Below, one piece after another: positions 1 through 11,392 of a DNA stretch of 64,000 bases. The first letter of the stretch is position 1. Each line of letters opens with the position of its first letter. The stretch is from Cetorhinus maximus (taxonomy: Eukaryota): assembly GCF_964194155.1 (NCBI RefSeq), contig NC_135892.1, positions 80,352,001-80,416,000 of the forward strand. The letters run 5' to 3'. The position numbers and the translations under genes are program-made. The notes below the pieces were generated by a model. It saw nothing but the letters and a program-made list of their open reading frames with translations, was not told the origin of the DNA and did no database searches.

Positions 1-254
1 CTCTTTAATTTCAGGGGTTGTAAAACCTCATTAAAATGTATATATACATACAAACCCAAAAGACCTGAGCTTTTAGTCACAAGTCTATCCAGATACCCAG
101 GCACCGAGGTTCATAAAAAAAACCTTAAATAAAACTGAAATAAGTTTTACCTTTCTTAACACACAAATATATATAAATTCAACTTAAAATTATACATTGT
201 TCATAACAACTCCCAGAACTGCCTTAACTACACTTCTTCACACCCCACTTCCTG

Positions 255-1285
255 TAAAGACTCTATTATATTCTCTCAGTTTCTCCATCTCCTGTTCTAA
301 TGATGCAACCTTCTATACCTGTGCCTTTGAAATGTCTTCCTTTTTCTTCAACCAAGGATTGACAGGACCTTTGACTATGTCCATTCCATTTCCTCTTTTT
401 CTGTTCTCACCCCTTCCACCCCTTGCCAGATCACAATAGGGTTTCCCTTGACCTCACCTTTCACCCCATCAGTCTCCACCTTCAACGTATCATCCTCTAT
501 CAATTTCACATGAACCACAACCAATCACATATTTCCCTTTCGCACCCCCCCCAACCCATCAGCATTCCAGAGTCCATTCCATCCCTGACACTCATCAATT
601 ACCCTTGACACCCCCTCCCTTAAACCATGCCACCTTCCCAGGCAAGCATTGGAGATGGAACGCCTGTCCTTCAGCCACCTTCCTTCTCACCATCCAGGAT
701 CCCAAACATTCCTTCCAGATGAAACAATGATTGACTTCTACTTCTTTCTATTTAGTATGATGCATTTACTGCTCACGATGTGATCTCCCCTCTGTTGAGG
801 ATTCCAAACGCAAATACGGTGACCACTTTGCAGGAATCCTGTTTTGTCCATTAGTGCGATCTCAAGCTTCCAATTGCCTATAATTTTATTTCTCCATCCC
901 ACTCTCACTCTGACCTTTCTGCCCTCGGCTTCCTACATTGTTCCAATGAAGCTCAACATAAGCTCAAGGAACAGGAGCTCATCTTTCAGTTAAGTGCTGA
1001 GTTCAACAATTCCAGATCATAATCACTGCCCCATTCTTTTCCTTTCTGTCTGTGTTCTTTTGTTTTGAACAGTAGATGTTAGTGATGATTTTGCTTTATC
1101 CATTCACACCTCCTCTAGATCCATCTCTTGTTTCTTTACTTGTCCCATCACCACCCCCTTTTGCCTTGAACCATCATCCTTTTTGTCATTTAATCTCTCC
1201 TGCTTTCCACCCTATGACACATATTCCTTTTTGTTCTTTGGCCATCTCCCTCTTTCCCTGCCTCTCTATTTGTTTAAAACTTGTT
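255..1285 (+). mobile_element. Penelope-like retroelement 3' remnant (post-RT region, GIY-YIG endonuclease, pyrimidine-rich 3' part), decayed
   Basis: ~750-840 translates as LV*CIYCSRCDLPSVEDSKRKYGDHFAG, a degenerate form of the Penelope GIY-YIG motif (VYCIxCxxCxxxYIGETKRxLxxRFxEH); upstream NRVSLDLTFHP resembles the PLE RVPLVLTFHP motif. Confidence 0.75.
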
Positions 1286-1642
1286 ACCGGAAGGTCCTGT
1301 GGCAGATGGTTCATGCATCTTCCCTAATAAACATTGGGCCAGAATTTACTGCAGCTGCAATTGAATGGAATCCACCATTTGTTAGACTTGCCCTTGCCCA
1401 TTTAATTTTTGTTATCTTTTGCACTGGATGTTGCTGTGGATCCAAATGGTGCATCCGGGACCTGTGTGCCTCCTTAGCCAATCTGAATCAAGCACTATTA
1501 ATAAATAGCACAGAGACTGAATCAGGAAGTATAACCCAGGAGGAAAAAAACAATTAAAACTGGGAAATAAGAACACTGGTCCGAACTGGTCTTGTATACC
1601 TTAAAATGGAACACCAGTAAAAACTGGGAAATAAGAGTAGTG

Positions 1643-1846
1643 AAAAAACAAAAACAGAATTACCTGGAAAAACTCAGCAGGTCTGGCAGCATCGGTGGAG
1701 AAGAAAAGAGTTGACGTTTCGGGTCCACACGACCCTTCAACAGAACCGATTTTCTTCTCCACCGATGCTGCCAGACCTGCTGAGTTTTTCCAGGTAATTC
1801 TGTTTTTGTTTTGGATTTCCAGCATCCGCAGCAGTTTTTTGTTTTT
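1643..1846. mobile_element. Short Penelope-terminal (pLTR-derived) insertion with inverted structure
   Basis: 14-bp TSD aaataagagtagtg (1629-1642, 1847-1860); perfect 63-bp inverted repeat 1645-1707 / 1750-1812; the same sequence family recurs at 5310-5417 and ~56600. Confidence 0.85.
1710..1746 (-). ncRNA. Minimal type I hammerhead ribozyme motif (Penelope type), one core substitution
   Basis: Minus strand gttCTGTTGAa-gggtc-gtgtg-gaccc-GAAACGTC-aac: CUGANGA core with one A>U change, 5-bp stem II, GAAA, palindromic loopless stem III, GUC site, gtt/aac stem I. Confidence 0.6.
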
Positions 1847-3739
1847 AAATAAGAGTAGTGGTCTGAATTGTCTTTTCCTTCGGGGAAGTTAGAATATTGA
1901 ATTCAATGTCAAAACAGTTACAGAAAATGAAATATTAGATTAAGGGAGAGGGAAAAAAAGAGTCAGAATAAAAGTTAAAAACTAATTAATTAATGTTTTC
2001 AAAATCTCCAAGGATACTTAAAATCTGAAGGAATGAGACTTCATATTGTTCATTTTCAATGCCAGTGTGACTTGTTTGGCAGTAATTAAGACTTATCACA
2101 CCATTAAAAAGACTACTTAGACTGAAATAAACAAGTCCTAACTTTTTATGGTCAGTTTCTACCATCCAAGTGCAGGAATTTCACACTGTTCAATATGTTC
2201 TAATAGGGAGCCAGGCAACCAGTTATTATTTTTGCACAGTTCAGCAACCTCTGGATTTTTGCACTTAACTATGTACCTGTGTTCGCCTGATGTTGCTGCC
2301 TGATTTGAGCATAGATAACAGTGAGTGCCGTTAGCCTTCCCATTATTTTTACAATAAATTCTGGCCCATGATATGGTGTTCATTTCTGAAATGCCACTTT
2401 GTATAATATAAGCATGGTCAAACTCCATTAAATGTTCTTTAAAATGCATCCTGAAGTAGACATGGCCTGTTATGTGGCTGTGGAGTCACCTACCATAAGA
2501 TGGCAGCAAAGTAATACCAGCGCAGAGATACAACATGGAAGGAGTGGGTGTCGAAAACAAAGGAGCTTGTCGTTTGAAAGATAATTGTACTACTTGTGTA
2601 GAGAAAATGGTAATGAATCATAATTGGATTCTCTGACAGCAGTTAACTCTAAGCACTGATTCAGTTTGTTATTTTGATTAATTATAATTAGTAATACACA
2701 TCCACACTGTATTTATGGTGAAGAAATATGACACCACTGGACCAGTCAGATAGGCTACAATGGTTTTTATTAGTTTTATACATTCATATCATGGAAATCT
2801 GCAAAAATACAATAAACACATTCACATTTACCCATTATCAAATTTTAAATAGAATCAGCTACAGCAAATATTTAATTCATGGAAATCCAGTCAACAAATT
2901 AATAGCATGACACCCCCAATAAAACTTCTCCCTCCCTTGAACAAAACCTTCCCCAATTCTAATTGTTCCTATTGCATTAACAGTATAGACTGTATAGGCT
3001 GTGAACTAATAGATTGCTCAACTACTGTTCTTCCACATGAACATTCTCATTAATAGGAATGCCTTTCATCATCAGATTGATTTGAAACTTTACGCAGTTG
3101 AAATGCATTACATTTTCAGTGAGTCCATTTGTTCCTCCAAAATACACAAATCCAAACAGTTGAAAACGCCCTAAGAGGCTGATAGAACAGTTTTACCGAC
3201 CCTAAGATGGAAAAGTTATAATAACTATTTGGGCTTCTACACATGTTCCATAATGCAGATATCTAATGAGAATACTGTCACTATTTAATGTGAGAACAGA
3301 AAGAATGTGATTGCGTGAATAAATCCAGTGCACTGTGATGGCAGCAAATGCTAGGTATGTAAGGGCTACGTGTCTGCTCATGTGCTCTATAAAGTGGTGA
3401 ACAGAGAAAACAGAAAATATCTTGGGAGTGGTGGCTTTCCTCATATCAAAAACAAATAATTTCTGAACAGACCTGGCCCAATAATAGTGTTGTACAATAT
3501 CTTCAGTTTCCCTACCCATTCTTGCGTCACAATATTTTACTATATTCAAATTAACCTCGTTGAATTCAAATTAATGTCCTTTTGCTTCCTGCCTTTGCCT
3601 CCCCATCCCCCAACAGGAAAAGCTTAGTAAACAAAGATATGCAGTCTTACCTGAAAGTAAGCCTCAAGTTATAAACATTTTAGTCAAACTACTAAATTTC
3701 AAATGTTAGAATTCTGGTGAACCGACTTTGTAAAATTAT

Positions 3740-4085
3740 TGTTTTTTTTTTATTTGTTCATGGGATGTGGGCATCACTGGCCAGGCCAGCATTTATTACC
3801 CAACCCTAGTTCAGAGGGCATTTAAGAGTCAACCACTTTAGAACTGGAGTCACATGTAGGCCAGACCAGCAGATTTCCTTCCCTAAAGGACATTAATGAA
3901 CCAGATGGGTTTTTAAAACAATCGGCACTGGTTACATGGTCATCATTAGACTTTTTCATTCCAGATTTTATTGAATTCAAATTCCACCATCTGCCATGGC
4001 AGGATTCAAACTCAGGTCCCCAGAGCATTCTCCTGGGTCTCCAGATTACTAGTCCAGCAACAATACCACTATACCATCACCTCCC
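3740..4085 (-). mobile_element. tRNA-derived SINE with a LINE-derived 3' tail
   Basis: Minus-strand head has A box tggtatagtgg and B box gagtttgaatcc; the tail (aataaatgctggcc...cccacatcccatgaacaaataaaa) matches the 3' end of the LINE at 7440-7505. Confidence 0.85.
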
Positions 4086-5309
4086 TCTTAACATGAAGAT
4101 TCTTGCTTTTGTGTTGCATGTACAACGTAATCTCCAGAAGCAGTCAATCTTCCCAAGCATTAGCGTGGTTCAAATAATGCCATCCATCAGCTGGCTACCA
4201 TGTTCCAAATTATCCAACCTCCCAGGTTAATAGCTGTTCAAATGTATAAATTACACCAATGTTTACATATTTTGAAATAATATCATGTCCCGTTATCAAA
4301 TTGTCGTGAAGGCTCACTACATTTTTTTGTCAAATGGTCAAGAAACCTCAAGCCACCTTGGCAGCAATGGTTCAAATGGAAACTGAAACTCTGCATTGGA
4401 ATGCCAAAGGAAGTGGAAAAATAACCTCTATTCACATTCAAAGTCAAGTTCAGTGAATCCCCATGAAAAGGAATTCTGATCTGGAAAGGAAATGACAAAG
4501 AAAATCCTTCTCAGACGATCCACTCATTTCCTGTCTTCTCCTATCGGAAGGCATTGGGGAATTAATCTTTGCTGGAAGAACAATGAACATTTGTAACCAA
4601 AGAATGCAAACTGATATTGGGGAAAAAGTTACTAATTAACTGTATGCAAAAATATGTCAATTTTAACACAAACCAAGGGTAACAATGGAAGTGTATGATC
4701 AAAAAGCCTGGTGTGGTGTTAAATTCAATCATACTAGTACATGACACAACATGAATAAAGCAGGCCCTTAAATATTTTAAGCAGTTTCACAGTAATGTGC
4801 AGTCAGGTGAGAGAGCAGAATCTCAAACAAGGTGCTAACCCTATATTGAACTGCCCTTGCTTCTTTCCCAATGAACACATTTTCAATGTGACAAATTTTA
4901 TGAATTGCAAATGCAGTTCTTTAGAAAATATAACTGGAGAGATGTAAGAAAATATTTTTCGTTTGCTAAGTTCTCCAAGTCATTTTAAAGCACATAGGGT
5001 TAAAAATTGGACCACATTGCAGCCTGAACAAATCTGTTAATGAATAAATGACAAGATAAGTGGGAGGCATTAAAAAAAGAATTTAATGTGACACAGAAAT
5101 AGGTTATACCTCTTATTGGCAAGAGTTCTACAGTACTAGTCAAAAAGGGGAGTCATAGGTGACTAATGAGGTAAGAGACACCATAAAACTAAGAGAAAAT
5201 GCATACAAAAAATGCAAAAAAAAGCACAGATCCAGGCGAATAGGAAAAATACAAAAAACAGCAAAGGATGACAAAACGCTAAGTGCTCTAACAAAGGAGT
5301 ATGAAAGGA

Positions 5310-5417
5310 CAAAAACAAAAATACCTGGAAAAACTCAGCAGGTCTGACAGCATCTGCGGAGAGGGATACAGTTGACATTTTGAGTCCGTATGACCCTTCA
5401 TCAGAACTAAGACATAT
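5310..5417 (-). mobile_element. Short Penelope-terminal insertion (108 bp)
   Basis: 15-bp TSD aggagtatgaaagga (5295-5309, 5418-5432); homologous to 1645-1746. Confidence 0.85.
5370..5408 (-). ncRNA. Degenerate minimal hammerhead ribozyme motif
   Basis: Minus strand agttCTGATGAa-gggtc-atacg-gactc-AAAATGTC-aact: CUGAUGA intact; GAAAC eroded by CpG-type changes. Confidence 0.5.
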
Positions 5418-5573
5418 AGGAGTATGAAAGGAAACTTGCAAGGGATATCAAAATAAATACCTCTTTTTTTACAATTATATTAGCAAAGAGTGGGTGGTCA
5501 GGGGCAATGTAGGCCCCTTGGAACAATTGTCAGTGAAAATAAGGAAATAGTGGACATGCTGAATAATTGCTTT

Positions 5574-6811
5574 GGACCAGATTTTTTCAGGGCGGTACAG
5601 AAGCGGGCAGCCAGAAAAAACAGCAGTGTCACATGCAGCCGGACATCCAGCTGGACCTCCATTTCCCGCATCTACGATATTGGTGAGATTTGTGAGGAGA
5701 GCGCAGGCCTCCAAACTCACCCGCGCTCCTAAGCATGCTAGTTAATCTCATTAAGGGCTCATGCAAAGCCCGTCTGTAGAAAATTTCTGCATTTTCCTTG
5801 GGGGCAGCCAGTGTTTTGGAACTGTCTGCCTCAGACCAGCTGAAGGCTGGCCTGCACCAAATCAGGGGCGAGTCAGGAGTTCAGAAATCTTTGTGAGGAT
5901 TACTGTCTTGGCAACTCATAGGTGAAAGGGTTTACCCCTTTGGAGAAAAATTTGCAGTGGCATATCAGTGGACAGGAGAGGACCTTAAGATCTTTGGCAG
6001 TTCAGGAGGTTGTCACCCTCCTGGCATTGCATTGGCATTGGAGCATTGACCAAGGCTGTGTGGACCCCACCTGAGCTGGAAATGCGTGCTGTACCCTGAG
6101 AAATCAAGGACAGCACAGGAAGGGCAAAGTGCCGGGCATCAGGAGGACACAGGGGAGGAAGGGGGGCATGAAGAAAAAGAAGATACAACCCTGAGCACAG
6201 AATCCAGAGGCAGAGGCAAAGCGACCTGGACATGACTATGAACCAGTGCCAATGGAGACTGTGACTCTCTAGGCAGTTGGTCACAGGCATATGTGTCCTC
6301 GTCAGCAAGAAGCTTACACCTCGCACCATTCAACACCATACCCTGCCAGTAGCAGTCAAGGTAACTGTGGCCTTGAATTTTTCTTTGCCTCTGGATCCTG
6401 TCAATGGTCAACTGCGTAACACTGCAACATCTCACAGGAGGCTGCACACTGCTGTCACCCAGGTGACAGTTGCCCTCTTCGCCAAGGCTCAACACCATAT
6501 CAGATTCACGACTGATAGGGCATCACAGGCTCAGAGGGCACTGGGTTTCACCACCATCACCAGATTCCCTCATGTGCAGGGCATCATTGAATGCACCCAT
6601 GTTGCCATCAAGCCACCCAATGACCAATCGGAAAGGTTTATTAACAGGCCTACCACTCACTGAATGTCCAGCTTGTCAACAGCCACAAGAGGAGTTTCCC
6701 TCATGTGTGTACATGCTTTCCTGGTGATTGGTAGCTGCCATCAGACTTGCATTCTCTGTCAGTCGAGCATTCCGCAGCTATTCAATCCCAAACACACAAG
6801 TCTGTGGTTAG
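5574..6811 (+). mobile_element. Old Harbinger element remnant with transposase pseudogene (~6200-6811)
   Basis: TIR-like start ggaccagatttttt; translated LPVAVKVTVALNF, FPHVQGIIECTHVAIKPP, HSLNVQLV, which are HARBI1-family DDE motifs. Confidence 0.8.
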
Positions 6812-7505
6812 ATTACCATCACGGAATGCTCCACTATCAACATCCTGGAGGTTACCATTGACCAGAAACTGAACTGGACCAGACGTATAAATACTGTGGC
6901 TACAACAGCAGGTCAGAGGTTAGGAATCGTGCGACGAGTAACTCACCTCCTGACTCCCCGAAGCCTGTCCACAAGGCACAAGTCAGGAGTGTGATGGAAT
7001 ACTCCCCACTTGCCTGGATGAGTGCAGCTCCCACAGCACTCAAGAAGCCTGACACCATCCAGGACAAAGCAGCCCACTTGATTGGCACCACATCAACAAA
7101 CATTCACTTCCTCGACTACCAACGCACAGTAGCAGCAGAGTGTACCATCTACAAGATGCACTGCAGGAATTCACCAAGGCTCCTTATACAGCATCTTCCA
7201 AACCCACAACCATTATCATCTAGAAGGACAAAGGCAGCAGATAGATGGGAATACCACCACCTGGAAGTTCCCCACCAAGTCATTCAGCACCCTGGCTTGG
7301 AAATATATTGCCATTCCTTCACTGTTGCTGGGTCGAAATCCTGGAACTCCCTCCCTAACAGCACTGTGGGTGTACCTACACCACATGGACTGCAGCGGTT
7401 CAAGAAGGCAGCTCACCGCCACCTTCTCAAGGGCAACTAGGGATGGGCAATAAATGCTGGCCCAACCAGTGAAGCCTACATCCCATGAGTGAACAGAAAA
7501 AAAAG
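6812..7505 (+). mobile_element. L2/CR1-group LINE 3' end (RT C-terminus plus tail)
   Basis: ILEVTIDQKLNWT, YSPLAWMSAAPTALKK.DTIQDKAA, KSWNSLP...RFKKAAHRHLLKGN*; 3' UTR and A tail. Confidence 0.85.
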
Positions 7506-8179
7506 ACACAAGGAGAACTTATGAGAGTTAGCCTCTGAGACCCCGAAGGCTCTGCACTACTGAGGTCTTCCACACCATCCAGTGTTTGGCTTGCTTTCAA
7601 ATGAGATGTCGCACAAGCCAAACAATACCCAGATTGGCCTCTACAATGACCATGTGCACCTGGATTGGCGGTCTCGCCATCATCCTGCCATGGCACTTGA
7701 GCTACTTCCATAGCTGTCTCCTCAGTCGCCCTTATAGGAAGTATGAGGGGGATCTCTCCACCAGTCTTGGCTCTCTAACTCCTTCTAGCCTCAGTCAGGC
7801 TGCAATCCTTCCACTCAGACTCTCGTAAGACTTAGCTGTGGGCATCTGGTGATGAGACAAGTGGCCCAGTATTTAATTCTTCGGCTGGTCCAGCTGCCCG
7901 TGAAGGCAGGACATGTACTAGCAACTTGCACCATTACCTAGATGATGCCCGAGGACCAAATTTTTCAATTGCCAAGCCTCTGTCTTGAGGTGCAGGGGAC
8001 GATCCTCACTCTCATTTATTGCTTATAAGTTAAATTAATTTCTAGGCCCTCATTTTTGAGTTGGGTTTTGGAGAGGAGATAAATTAATAGATACATTACT
8101 AAATAGAAGGAAAATTGAAAATTGATGTTTCCTTTGCATAAACATGGATTACAAGATGGGGTCACTAGCTAGTCTTATC

Positions 8180-9270
8180 ATCTATACTTAGTAAATTACC
8201 CAGCAAATTATCCACAGGCATGGAGATAGCCTACAGAATAGACAGGAAACTGTTCAACATATACTCCCTTTAATCCAAAACCAAAATCACTCCAACCGCA
8301 GTCATGGAGCCTCAATATGCAGATGACGCTTGTATGTGCGCTCGCTCAGAAACTGAGCTCCGGGTCATTGTCAACTCCTCCAAAGCATATGAGAAATTTG
8401 GTCTTTCATTAAAAACCTGGAAAACTGAGGCTCTCTTCCAACTAACTGCCAGAGTACATCACCTTTCCCCATTGATTAAGATCAATGGTGAGATTCTGGA
8501 AATTATGGGCCATTTTCTGTATCTTAGGAGCCTCCTCTCGACAAAGACCACCATAGATGACGAGATTTATCATTGCCTCCTAAGTGCCAGCTCAGCCTTC
8601 AGCCAACTGAGGAGAATGGTATTTGAGTGCCAGGATCGCAAATAAAGCCTAAGGTCATGGTTTACTGGGCAGCAGTGAACCCTGTGCTCCTAACTGCTTC
8701 GGAGACTTGGACAACCTACCACAGGCACCTCAAAGCACTGGAGAAATATCACCACTGGTGCCTTCCCAAGATCCTCCAAATTAGATGGCAAGAAGCCCCT
8801 CTCCCAAGCCAATATGCCCAGCATCAAGGCAGCAATCACTCAAAAACAGCTCCGTTGTATGCGTGGCACCAGACTCCTGAAGTAATTGTTCTACTTGGAG
8901 CTCGGCGGCGACAGAAGACTCCCAGGAGGTTAGTGGGAAGGTTTCAGGGAAAGGCTTCAAAGCATCCCTGAAGAGATCAAACATTCCAGCTGCTTCATGG
9001 GAGTCGCTGCCTTGTGACTGACCAAAATGGAGGAGGTTTCTATAGGAAGGCACCCAACACAGCGAGTGACTTTGTGAGGAATGCACAGAGGTGAAGCTGA
9101 GACATTAAAGAGAGTGCACAAAACTTCAAACACCTCAACTACCCAACCCTCCAAGCACCAGCTGCCCTGCATGTGGCACAGTCTGCAGACTGCACAGCCA
9201 TCGCACACTCCATCAAACCAGAGTGGAAGCAAGTCATCCTCAATCCCAAGGGACTGCCGAAGAGAAGGGA
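8180..9270 (+). mobile_element. RTE-clade (BovB-like) LINE, 5'-truncated and decayed
   Basis: GMEIAYRIDRKLFN, QYADDA (RT YADD), FLYLRSLLS, KVMVYWAAVNPVLLTASETWT. Confidence 0.85.
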
Positions 9271-9742
9271 CTTAGAGAAGGTATCCCAGTTAAGCTGAAA
9301 AATTTGTTTACAATGGTTTCTTGCCAAAGGGCAGATGACAAAACAGTAGAAGGGACAAAATAGATTCAACACCAATCAACATTTCAACAATGCAAAATTT
9401 TGAACTTTTCAGCTCAGTGGTTGGCATTTTATCATATTTATATAATATTATTTTATATTTAACCTTTTGTTTCTAATTTGAGAGTGTGGTTGCCAATTGC
9501 ACAAGAACATGGGGCATAATTTTACATCCCGGGGGCAGGTGCGTGCCGACCCGATCAGACATAAATGGCACGCGATGGCGTTGGGTGAATGTCCCGATGT
9601 CATCACACGCTCACATGGTATTTCGGTCAGCAGGCATGAGCAGGTGCCAGAGCTGCACCCATCATTAATTAAGAGGCCACTTGGGGCAATTAAAAAGCCA
9701 ATTGAAGGCGGTTTTTCATTGCCTGTTCGATTTTGTGCTCGT

Positions 9743-9980
9743 CACAGAATCTAATGGCACAGAAGGAAGCCATTCGGCTCATTGTGTTTTCACCGGCTTG
9801 CCAAATGAGCACTATGACCTAGTGCCATTGCTCTGCCTTTTCCCCATACCCTCGCACATTGTTTCTATTCAAATAATCATCTAATGCCCTCTTCAATGCC
9901 CCGATTGAACCTGCCTCTGCCACACTTCCAGGCAGAGCATTCCAGACCCGAACCACTCGTTGTGTGAAAAAGTTTTACCT
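9743..9980 (-). mobile_element. CR1 LINE 3' fragment nested in the Harbinger
   Basis: ATTCTGTG-type tail on minus strand; near-identical to 12422-12660. Confidence 0.8.
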
Positions 9981-10091
9981 CGCGGGCAAAACGGGCAGGC
10001 GGCCAGCTGGCATTTTCAAAAACCTCATCCACGGGCGGGATAAAAGGGGTGAGCAGCATTGCCAGTGTCAGTAATAGGGAGTTTGGTACAT

Positions 10092-11054
10092 ATGTCTGAG
10101 GTGCAATGCCGAAGGAGGCTCCACCTCACAAGGGAGATCGTGACCGCCATTGGTCAGATGATTGGGCCTGAGATCTCCTCCAACTGTGTGGGTGGACACC
10201 CCATGCCAGTGGCTCTGAAGGTCACAGTGTCCCTCAACTTCTATGCCTCCGGCTCTTTCCAGGGTTCAGTGGGGAATCTGTGTGGAGTCTCCTAATCAGC
10301 TGTCCGCAGTTGCGTCAAGCTGGTGACCAAAGCTCTGTTCAAGCAGGCCCAGACCTTTATTCTTTACTGTAAGACGAAGCCAGCCAGGCTGAGTGAGCCA
10401 GAGGCTTTGTGGCAATTGCTCGGTTTCCCCACGTCCAGGGTGCCATTGACTGCACACATTTGGCCATCAAGGTGGGTCAGCCTTCGTCAACAGGAAGGGA
10501 TTCCACTTGATGAACGTGCAGGTAGTGTGTGACCACAGGATGCAGATTCTGCAAGTCTGTGCAAGGTACTCTGGCAGTTCCCATGATGCTTACATCCTGA
10601 GGCACTCCCGGATGCCGAGGTTCTTCAGTGCTCCAGCCCGACTGGATGGATGACTGCTGGGTGACAAGGGCTATCTGTTGAAGAGTTGGCTCATGACGCT
10701 TCTCTGCCACCCAAGAACAGAGGTAGAGCAGCGTTACAATACGAGTCATGCCTCCACAAGGACAGTTATAGAGAGGACCATAGGTCATCTCAAGATGCGC
10801 TTCCGATGCCTGGACTGTTCACTACAATACCCTCCAGAGCGGGGGTCACTGATAGTGGTTGCATGCCGCACTCTCCACAATCTGACATTGGCAAGGGGGG
10901 GACCCACTGCAGGAAGAGGATTTTGATGCAGCTGCTCAGGCCACAGCTGATGAATCCAGTAGTGAGTCAGAAGAGGAGCATGGTGAGGACAATGCTGAGG
11001 TTGTGGAGGGAGACCTTGGTAACCTGCACCTTGATCCAACACTCCTTCAGCTAG
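10092..11054 (+). pseudogene. Harbinger (HARBI1-like) DDE transposase pseudogene, N-terminus deleted
   Basis: [58 protein letters not shown], acidic tail; stops and frameshifts. Confidence 0.92.
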
Positions 11055-11392
11055 GCTACCAAAGATCAGCTTCAACCTCATGCCAGGGCTGCCGCCTCCA
11101 TCCCGGATGTCTGAAAGGGCCCTTTCATTTGAATCCAAAGAACACTCAGTGCTTGTGCAATAAAGTTCAGAGCCACTTACTGCCAGCATTACATGCTGGT
11201 GTACCCTGCATGTAAAAAAAGGTGAAGCATACTTAGGCCATGACGACAAAAGCAAAATTTATCTCATTTTGACAATTCAAAACAATTTACAAAACCTTCT
11301 CTGGTCTTCATTCCCAGACCAGTATAGATAAAGCAAACATAAATGAACAGAAAATCACCCATGAACTGTTCCTCTTGTGCTCATGGTGCCTT

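Larger units (their letters stand above)
1336..2367. mobile_element. Old Harbinger-type non-autonomous element (MITE), AT-rich interior
   Basis: Perfect 13-bp TIR gggccagaattta / taaattctggccc, the same terminus type as other Harbingers here; flanks att/atg. Confidence 0.55.
5060..5570 (+). mobile_element. CR1 LINE ORF2 fragment (EN-RT linker), interrupted by the Penelope insert
   Basis: Degenerate (W)xTNEVRDTIKLRENAYKK...KEYERKLARDIK...KSFxxY, paralleling CR1 ORF2 at 24400-24557. Confidence 0.6.

Noticed and set aside
2460-2612. Possible small exon (relatively CpG-rich, splice-like sites on both strands)
   Set aside because: Strand and frame are ambiguous and no translation is recognisable.
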